DNA of 64,000 nucleotides from a bacterium (GTDB lineage Bacteria; Patescibacteriota; Minisyncoccia; Phycocordibacterales; UBA1550). The position numbers were made by a program, and so were the translations under genes. Shown piece after piece: positions 57,212 through 64,000 of the stretch; within the stretch, counting starts at the first letter, position 1, and every line of letters starts with the position of its first letter. The DNA lies in assembly GCA_030649835.1 (NCBI GenBank), contig JAUSES010000035.1:19590-83589 (forward strand), written 5' to 3'. The notes under the pieces were generated by a model. The model was given only the letters and a program-made list of their open reading frames with translations, did no database searches and was not told the origin of the DNA.

Positions 57212-58591
57212 TTAGTGTGGTTTTTCGTTCTCGTTGCTATTTTCTGTTTCTTCCAATATCTCAAAATCGTCGGCAGAGAAGGTTGTTTTTGGAGAGGTGA
57301 CCTGAGTGAGGCGAAAACCAACGAGCGCAAGAGCTCCTAAAAATGCTGCACCAATATACCACGGCCAGAGTGTCCCCTCTTCTTGTTTTAGAGGTACTGG
57401 TGTATCTTGAACCGATTCAGCAACTGCCGCCTGCAAACTTCCTACCGCCTGTGAAGCAACTTTAGGAGCGATATTTTTTACCGTTTGAGCTTGGGTAATT
57501 TTTTGAGGAGGTATTGTTTCAACAACAGAATTTTTTTTAATATCAATACGAGAACCATTTGGCAGAAGTAGCTCAGGATTATTTCCCGCAGACGTGCTGA
57601 GTCCCGTCACTTCACTCGCAAAAGTAGCGCTCTTGTGCGCACCGAGAATCGTGTTTTTAGGCAGGATAAAAGTTTTTGTGTCACTTATGATTTGCCAGAG
57701 TGAGAGGTCTAGCTCCTCTCCACCATTGTTTTGAATTGTTACAAAAGAACGCGCAGTATCCCCACCTGTGCGTAAAGAAATATTTGGCAAAACTACGCGC
57801 ACAAGCATTCGGTCTGTCGCTACAGTGCTTCCTGAAATCACGTCGATAACCGCCGTGTATTCGCCCGGATAATAATATGTGTGCGTTACGCTCTCCCCTT
57901 CAGCCGAGGCGCCGTCGCCAAATGACCATACGGTGCGGGGCTTTCCCGCACTACTATTTTCTGATGCAGAAATCCTTCCTTCAAAAATTATAGGCACTCC
58001 TGCGAGCACTATACGCGCCTGGGAGACTGCTTTCACTGATATCTGGGGAGAAGTGGGGGTTGGGGCGGTATTCGTGTTTGTGCCTATTTTTGTGCTTTCA
58101 CCTGTGTTTACCGTAGGAGAAGAATTTGTACTTTGTGAGGTGGTGTTTGCGGTGCCGGGGGTTGGGGAAGCGGTCGTCCACTGGCCTCCCGAGGTTCGCT
58201 GATAGCTTTTGCCGTCGGCTAAACTCCCCCACATAACTTGGTCAACATCATTTCCTTTTGAATCTCTTATTCGAATAGTGTTGGACTCGGTAAGTGTTAG
58301 GTCTGTAACAAGATTGGAGTTACTCAACTGACTTCGAGAAATTAAAAAATAACTTTGTGCGGGAAGTTTCTTACCCATTAACTGGGTACTTGATACAAGG
58401 GAACCAAAACTACTGCCCGTTGCAGTTTTTCTTTGAATATACCAACCTGTTAAGTCAACATCTGAATTATCAGAATTATAAAGTTCAATAAATCTTTCAT
58501 TTATCGGTGCAACTTGAATTTCATTTATCAACACTGCTGCAGATGTAGTCTGCGCGAAAAATAGAAAAGGAAGGACTATAAAATACTTCAT
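57212..58591 (-). CDS. Surface protein with lamin-tail and PKD domains and a C-terminal TM anchor
   Basis: INEI..FIELYN..VDLTGW, PTPG (LTD); WSFGDG..HTYYYPGEY (PKD). Confidence 0.85.
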   Translation of the reverse strand: MKYFIVLPFLFFAQTTSAAVLINEIQVAPINERFIELYNSDNSDVDLTGWYIQRKTATGSSFGSLVSSTQLMGKKLPAQSYFLISRSQLSNSNLVTDLTLTESNTIRIRDSKGNDVDQVMWGSLADGKSYQRTSGGQWTTASPTPGTANTTSQSTNSSPTVNTGESTKIGTNTNTAPTPTSPQISVKAVSQARIVLAGVPIIFEGRISASENSSAGKPRTVWSFGDGASAEGESVTHTYYYPGEYTAVIDVISGSTVATDRMLVRVVLPNISLRTGGDTARSFVTIQNNGGEELDLSLWQIISDTKTFILPKNTILGAHKSATFASEVTGLSTSAGNNPELLLPNGSRIDIKKNSVVETIPPQKITQAQTVKNIAPKVASQAVGSLQAAVAESVQDTPVPLKQEEGTLWPWYIGAAFLGALALVGFRLTQVTSPKTTFSADDFEILEETENSNENEKPH

Positions 58592-58592
58592 G

Positions 58593-60542
58593 TTAGTCAT
58601 CGCCCATTAAAATTGCGGTCAAAACATCCTCAGGAACTTCACGTGGTGGAGTACTTTGGTTTTGGGAATTAAAATTTTGTGGTGGCTTTTGTGGGGGTGG
58701 CGGCGGAGCTTGTTCTTTTTTCTGCTCACTCTGCGGTGCTGGAGAGAACGCCTGTTCTGGTTTTTTTTCTTCTTTCTTCAATACATCCGCAAGGGCATTT
58801 TTAAGATCACTCATGTTCGCTGGCGTAGGGCTTTTGCTTTTTATTGGCGCGACAATTCCGATTGGCCTTTTTGGTTGAGAAAGGGTTGCTAGGCTTGCGT
58901 GTGGCGTTTCTGTTTGCGGCTGTGGCGGGGTCTGTGGTTGTGGTTCGGGTTTTTGGGGGGGTTTTTGAATATCCTGAAACGCCTGTGCGAAGGGCTTTTC
59001 ATATTTTTTGGGAGCGGAGAACTGAGGTGCGGTTCTCTTTTCTGTATTTTGTTGGACTGGATTTCTTGGTGGAAAACTCGGTGCTGGCCGTGGCTTAAAA
59101 GACTCGTTATTTTCCTTCTTGACCCATGGTTCTCGTGTTGCCTGTGGTGTGGTGGATGGGCGCGGAGGAAACTGTGTGCTCGGTGCAGGTGAGCTCGCCT
59201 GGGGGACAACGCGCTCTCGAACCGGTGCTGGTGATACTTCGCTACCACTCGCAAACCAGTCAGCAATATTTTTTTCTACCACAGCGCGCGGGTGTCCATA
59301 CAATGTACGTGATGACTGTATCACTTCTTCGCGAAGCGACTTTGGTGGAGGAGCTATTGGCCCGAGAGTAACTGCTGAAAAAGGATGCGAAGCAACACCA
59401 TCAATCATAAGTTTCAAATATATTTGCGTAAAACCGAGGCTCACCATATCCTCCGCAGTAAAAACCGGTGCGTATTCCTTCTCCAAAACTTCCGCATCGG
59501 GAGCGCCCACACGAAACATAATTTGCGTACCTACGTTACCAAAAACAGCATCTGCCACCTTCTCGTCCATCTGCTTGATGTACTGGTGCGCTACCACGAG
59601 TGCGAGTTTATACTTGCGTGCCTCAGAAAGAATATCGGCAAATGATTCGTTTGCAAATGACTGAAACTCATCCACGTACATATAAAAATTGGGGAGCGGT
59701 TTGAGCTCGGCTTCGGTGAGGTCTGCGCGCGACATCGCTGCGAGATAAATTTTTGTAATAATCATACCACCGAGAAGGTTTGCGTTCCCTTCCCCGAGTT
59801 GCCCTTTGGATAGATTCACTATCAAAATTTTTCGCTCGTCCATCATTTTACGCAAATCAAAACTTGAGCGTGGCTGTCCTATGATGTTACGGATGAGCGG
59901 GTTTGAGGTGAACTGACCCAGTTTGTTTTGGATACCCGGTACGGCATCCTTTGCATAATTCTCACTGTACTTTGCAAACTCATCAACCCAATACGCTTTC
60001 ACGGATGGGTCTTTCACATTGTCCACCACTTTTTTTCGATATGCTTTGTCGGTGAGCATACGGCTTACACCGAGGAGCGTGGACTCTGGGTACTCAAGGA
60101 GAGCCAAGAGTGCGTTCATCATTATGTACTCCATACGTGCGGAAAAAGTCTCTGGCCCCCAGATTTTTTTGAACGCAGAAAGGAGCCCGTTTGCAACGAG
60201 ATGTCGTTTGTCGGGGCCCACATCTTCCATCACGTTAAAAGAGACAGGCGTGTCTGTATCAAATGGCGCAAAATACACAACATCTTTTACTCGGTCCGCG
60301 GGAATATAGTCTAGGAGCATCGCAGCCGATTTCCCGTGCGGATCAATAAAGGCGAAGCCTTCGCCGTTTTTAATATCCTGTGCAACCATATTTTCAATGA
60401 GCGTGGACTTACCCATACCCGTTTTGCCAATGATATACATGTGGCGCGTGCGGTCCTCCGCCTTGATGCCAAACGGCACTCGCTTGTTCCTGCGGTCCGT
60501 CTCGGCAAAGTATGTAATGCGGTTTTTATCGTAGAGATACAT
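58593..60542 (-). CDS. VirD4/TraG-like type IV coupling ATPase with a Pro-rich C-terminal tail
   Basis: RHMYIIGKTGMGKST, IDPHG, YVDEFQ, LSEARKY, AHQY. Confidence 0.88.
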   Translation of the reverse strand: MYLYDKNRITYFAETDRRNKRVPFGIKAEDRTRHMYIIGKTGMGKSTLIENMVAQDIKNGEGFAFIDPHGKSAAMLLDYIPADRVKDVVYFAPFDTDTPVSFNVMEDVGPDKRHLVANGLLSAFKKIWGPETFSARMEYIMMNALLALLEYPESTLLGVSRMLTDKAYRKKVVDNVKDPSVKAYWVDEFAKYSENYAKDAVPGIQNKLGQFTSNPLIRNIIGQPRSSFDLRKMMDERKILIVNLSKGQLGEGNANLLGGMIITKIYLAAMSRADLTEAELKPLPNFYMYVDEFQSFANESFADILSEARKYKLALVVAHQYIKQMDEKVADAVFGNVGTQIMFRVGAPDAEVLEKEYAPVFTAEDMVSLGFTQIYLKLMIDGVASHPFSAVTLGPIAPPPKSLREEVIQSSRTLYGHPRAVVEKNIADWFASGSEVSPAPVRERVVPQASSPAPSTQFPPRPSTTPQATREPWVKKENNESFKPRPAPSFPPRNPVQQNTEKRTAPQFSAPKKYEKPFAQAFQDIQKPPQKPEPQPQTPPQPQTETPHASLATLSQPKRPIGIVAPIKSKSPTPANMSDLKNALADVLKKEEKKPEQAFSPAPQSEQKKEQAPPPPPQKPPQNFNSQNQSTPPREVPEDVLTAILMGDD

Positions 60543-60621
60543 GGGGTAGTTAATAGCCACTAGCCAATAGTGAATAGTAGATGTTATAAAGTATAACATT
60601 AATCAATAGCAAAATAAAAAC

Positions 60622-60658
60622 AGGCAGTGGGGGTTAGCTTCGCCAACCCCCACTGCCT
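60622..60658 (-). terminator. Intrinsic terminator
   Basis: AGGCAGTGGGGGTT..AACCCCCACTGCCT plus U-rich tail. Confidence 0.7.
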
Positions 60659-60669
60659 ATTCTTTTGCC

Positions 60670-61911
60670 CTACTCTTTCAAGAGTGCTTCCTTGGTATAC
60701 AAATTCTTTGGGTCCCATAAAAACCATGAGTTGAGGCCGGAATCGTAGGTGGCTTGTATCTGTGCGCGGACTTCCACCGCAGTATAGTCTCCACCATAAT
60801 CAAAATCCTGAAGCCATGGGCGAAGCTTGTTGCGATTATAGACATCCTTTGTATATATTGCGGGGGTTGATGTTCCTACTCGTACACCGCCAAAATGCTC
60901 TACCACGGTTGTTGTCGCCACAGCGCGCTCAGCACCCTTGGTCATTACAAATTTAATGAGGTCATACGAATGATTGTTAGGGTTTTTCCATCCGTTAAAA
61001 TTTGGCGGATAGTGCGACGGATACACCATCGGCGCAACATAGTCAAAATACGGCATCGTTCGTTCAAGCACCTGCCCAATGTTCAAATCATCCGTGTTCG
61101 TTGTTGTCATACCGAAAAGATCTGCGGATGTTTTTACTCCAGTGTCTTTGAACGCATTATGAAGGTACACAAAAAAATGTTCCAGTGCCTCGGGCTTGGT
61201 CATCCCCTTGCTCCACGTAAACTCAATGTCCTTCATGTCGCCATCCGACGGGAAACGAATGTAGTCAAAGTTGAGCTCATCAAAACCCATTGCGTATGAT
61301 TCTTTGCCAAGCGCTACCACATATTCCCAATACGGCTTTGCGCTCACATCCACAAAGCTCAACCCCTTGCGGTCCTTCCACACACTGCCGTCACTTTTTT
61401 TGTGCACTGCGAGCTCTGGGTGATTTTTTGTAAAATAGGGATCCTGAAAAACGGTAATGCGCGCGATAGTATAAATTCCTTTTTTGTGAAGCTCTGCGAT
61501 AAACTCACGTAAGTCTTTTGTGCGACATCCTGTTCCTGCATTGTCCTTCAAGAGCGGGTGTACGGGGGTAAAGGCAATCGTTCCACTAAAATCTTTTACA
61601 TCAATAATGATACTGTTTACCTCTGTGGTATCTGCAATAGCGACCAATTTATTACGAAAAGACGGCATCGTTGCCACACATGCAGTCATATAGATCGCCT
61701 TTACTGCATTTGGGGTTTGTACATGAGTCGCCACAAATTCTGGCTCCTTACCTTCTGTGCTTGAGGCAACATTTTGCGTGTCTCTAGAAGGTGTGTCACT
61801 GTCTGACTTGTATGCTACAGAAGAAAGCGAGGGAATAAAAAAGTAGAAGGCAAAAAATGCAAGAATGGCAACGGCAGCGGCTATAAAAAAATGATTTCTA
61901 ATTCGTATCAC
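60670..61911 (-). CDS. Putative glycoside hydrolase (DUF4015), membrane-anchored
   Basis: KAIYMT, IIDVKD, IARITVFQD, FDYIRFP, PMVYPSHY, RPWLQDF. Confidence 0.85.
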   Translation of the reverse strand: MIRIRNHFFIAAAVAILAFFAFYFFIPSLSSVAYKSDSDTPSRDTQNVASSTEGKEPEFVATHVQTPNAVKAIYMTACVATMPSFRNKLVAIADTTEVNSIIIDVKDFSGTIAFTPVHPLLKDNAGTGCRTKDLREFIAELHKKGIYTIARITVFQDPYFTKNHPELAVHKKSDGSVWKDRKGLSFVDVSAKPYWEYVVALGKESYAMGFDELNFDYIRFPSDGDMKDIEFTWSKGMTKPEALEHFFVYLHNAFKDTGVKTSADLFGMTTTNTDDLNIGQVLERTMPYFDYVAPMVYPSHYPPNFNGWKNPNNHSYDLIKFVMTKGAERAVATTTVVEHFGGVRVGTSTPAIYTKDVYNRNKLRPWLQDFDYGGDYTAVEVRAQIQATYDSGLNSWFLWDPKNLYTKEALLKE

Positions 61912-62150
61912 TGTATTTTGGGGCGAGGCGCTACTTCATTGTTTGGTGTTACCTCTGGAAGTGCCTGCTCTGCATCCTCAATTAGTTTTTTGCAGTTACT
62001 GCAGTACACAACGGAAGAAAGGTATGAGAGTACTGAGATTGTTATTCCGCCAATAACGAGAAGTGAGGTGCGCGCCCACGAAGGGAAACCTCCGAGCGCC
62101 ACAACCACCACAGCGACGCCCAAAATTGTCATTACGGTGTGTTTTGTCAT
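61908..62150 (-). CDS. Small two-TM protein
   Basis: Two hydrophobic segments around GFPSW, plus CxxC; abuts the downstream gene. Confidence 0.6.
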   Translation of the reverse strand: MTKHTVMTILGVAVVVVALGGFPSWARTSLLVIGGITISVLSYLSSVVYCSNCKKLIEDAEQALPEVTPNNEVAPRPKIQ

Positions 62151-62189
62151 CTGCCTAGTGTACCCTATTATTTATTCTCAATCAAATTT

Positions 62190-62873
62190 CTATTTTGTTT
62201 CTATAATTACCACAAATTCCCCCCTTACGCGGTCCTGATTTTTTGCGAAGTGTGCAATAACTTCTGCGACTGTCCCGCGAACAAACTCCTCATATATTTT
62301 TGTAAGCTCGCGCGCGACGATAACCCTGCGCTCCGCACCACAAAATTTTTCCAATGATGCAAGTGTTTTTTCAATGCGATGCGGGGATTCATAAAAAGCC
62401 ATGGCGCGTGCAGAACCAGCAATTTCTTTAAAAAGTGTTTCTCTTCCCTTTTTGTGTGGAAGGAACCCAAGAAACGTAAACTCCGCGACAGAGATGCCCG
62501 AAGCCGAAAGTGCTGTCACTAGTGCCGATGGCCCCGGAAGTGGAACGATGGAAACCTTATCTCCAAATTTCTCTCGCACCTGCGCGAGAAGGAGCGAGCC
62601 GGGGTCTGAGATGCACGGCGTACCCGCATCGGACACGAGTGCCAGATTTTTCCCCTCTTCGAGTAGCGACAAAATTTTGTCCACCTTTGAAAGCTTTGAC
62701 TGCGCGTGGTAGCTCATCGTCGGCGTACTTATTTCATATTTTGAAAGAAGCTTTTTCGTCACCCGCGTATCCTCACACAGCACCAAATCCACTTCCTTGA
62801 GCACGCGCAAAGCGCGCAAGGTAATATCCTCGAGGTTGCCAATGGGAGTGCCGACTATAAATAGTGTTGTCAT
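62190..62873 (-). CDS. rsmI: 16S rRNA (C1402-2'-O)-methyltransferase
   Basis: TPIGNLEDIT, CEDTR, VSDAGTPCISDPG, YESPHR, RELTKIYEE. Confidence 0.96.
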   Translation of the reverse strand: MTTLFIVGTPIGNLEDITLRALRVLKEVDLVLCEDTRVTKKLLSKYEISTPTMSYHAQSKLSKVDKILSLLEEGKNLALVSDAGTPCISDPGSLLLAQVREKFGDKVSIVPLPGPSALVTALSASGISVAEFTFLGFLPHKKGRETLFKEIAGSARAMAFYESPHRIEKTLASLEKFCGAERRVIVARELTKIYEEFVRGTVAEVIAHFAKNQDRVRGEFVVIIETK

Positions 62874-62876
62874 TGA

Positions 62877-63338
62877 TTATTCTTTATAAGCAAACGATAA
62901 TTCATTGTATTCTTTTGTATCATAAACACAAATTTCTTCTTTGTGGTACAAAGCAAAATATTTTATACCAGCATCAAGTGACATTTTGCTACAAATAGTA
63001 CAATACGGCTTACCAGAATATTTCATTCCGCCATCGTCATCTAGGCGAATAAAATAGAGCGTTGAGCCATTTAATCTGTCTGGGTTATTTTTTAAAGCAT
63101 CCATTATTGCCCGCTGTTCTGCGTGCACACAACACGTTTTGTCTGACTTAAAAGTGGAGGGCAGCTCATGTTTTCGATTGCACCTCCTGATAGAGACGTC
63201 ATCCTGTGGTGGCGCATTATACCCACGTCCAATAACGTTTCCGTTCACATCTACAACTATAGACCCGCATTTCGAACGCAAACAAAGGGCTTTGCGCGCA
63301 TCCTCCGTTGCCTCTTTAAAATATTCCACTGCTTCCAT
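62877..63338 (-). CDS. dCMP/cytidine deaminase-family zinc protein
   Basis: GYN, HAEQRAI, PYCTIC. Confidence 0.8.
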   Translation of the reverse strand: MEAVEYFKEATEDARKALCLRSKCGSIVVDVNGNVIGRGYNAPPQDDVSIRRCNRKHELPSTFKSDKTCCVHAEQRAIMDALKNNPDRLNGSTLYFIRLDDDGGMKYSGKPYCTICSKMSLDAGIKYFALYHKEEICVYDTKEYNELSFAYKE

Positions 63339-63403
63339 TCCCGTAGGCTAACAGAATATGAGGGAAAAGAAAACCGGGCGCTATTTAGCCCCCGGCCAGA
63401 ATC

Positions 63404-63844
63404 CTATTTGAAAAAAATTACTAGATATCCATTCTTATGGCCTGTCCAAACACAATCGCAACCATCTTCTTTGATAACAATGGGAGGTCCATACCCTTTT
63501 ACGCTGACCTTATGGTATGTCATCTCCTCTATCAAGGAGGAGAAATTTTCTGTTACTGTCGCTGTTTTAAATATTATTACAAGCTCGCTGTTTTTACCGG
63601 AGTATTCTTGGTATATCGAATCTATCACCCCCTTAAAGACCTTGTTTGGTAGATGAATCTCTGCATAAGCAAGAAAACATTTGTGAAAAAGCTCGATACT
63701 CCATCTTGGGGTGGAATCATCACCTATATGTTCGAGTTTTCGCCCATATACTTTCATCAATCCACCAGTCTTTCGAAATATTTTTTTGATCCAGCGTACA
63801 GTGAAAATTGCAATCAGCCCGTACCACATCCTTAATTTTCTCAT
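63404..63844 (-). CDS. Hypothetical protein
   Basis: 146-aa ORF with a GAGGGGG SD-like sequence and a downstream hairpin. Confidence 0.5.
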   Translation of the reverse strand: MRKLRMWYGLIAIFTVRWIKKIFRKTGGLMKVYGRKLEHIGDDSTPRWSIELFHKCFLAYAEIHLPNKVFKGVIDSIYQEYSGKNSELVIIFKTATVTENFSSLIEEMTYHKVSVKGYGPPIVIKEDGCDCVWTGHKNGYLVIFFK

Positions 63845-64000
63845 TTCTTTGCCCCCTCAATTTGTACAAAGTCATCCAGTCTCTCATGAAAATGGACCCC
63901 TGAGCTTCTAAAAACAAAGAATAACACAGACTCCTAAATTATCCTAAAAGTGCCTCCCCCACTTTGTAAATATCCCCTGCTCCCATAGTAATAATGACGT

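Noticed and set aside
58656-59664. Several overlapping ORFs of 78-181 aa
   Set aside because: Antisense or alternate-frame shadows of the VirD4-like gene and its Pro-rich, stop-poor tail. The same applies to most short ORFs overlapping confident genes.

Overview
The window looks like a chromosome segment of a Patescibacteria/CPR (Parcubacteria-like) bacterium. This is inferred from gene content and architecture, not from a marker gene. In order it holds five tandem TrbC/VirB2-like pilin genes behind a solute-binding protein, a small accessory patch (homopolymer-split ORF, decayed gyrA 3' fragment, 23-aa Lys/Ala microprotein), murB, and a metalloprotease. A ~47 kb surface-glycan locus follows: O-antigen-ligase-like protein, rmlA, NRS/ER-type epimerase-reductase, manC, gmd-gmm-fcl, wzm/wzt, many GT2/GT4/GT11 enzymes, methyltransferases, asnB, a CapD/PglF-like dehydratase and ugd. 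The window ends with an LTD/PKD surface protein, a VirD4-like ATPase, DUF4015, rsmI and a deaminase. The most unusual signals are non-coding. (1) Four copies of an element bounded by TCCCGTTAGAG...CTCTAACGGGA each end exactly on a start codon; two duplicate ATGAA and sit at the +1 of leaderless promoters. (2) A promoter-and-terminator-delimited ~78-nt RNA is complementary to the loop of a long hairpin in front of murB. (3) Nested MITE/REP elements are present. (4) Leaderless promoter architecture is pervasive. No CRISPR array, rRNA, tRNA, integrase or transposase gene was recognised.
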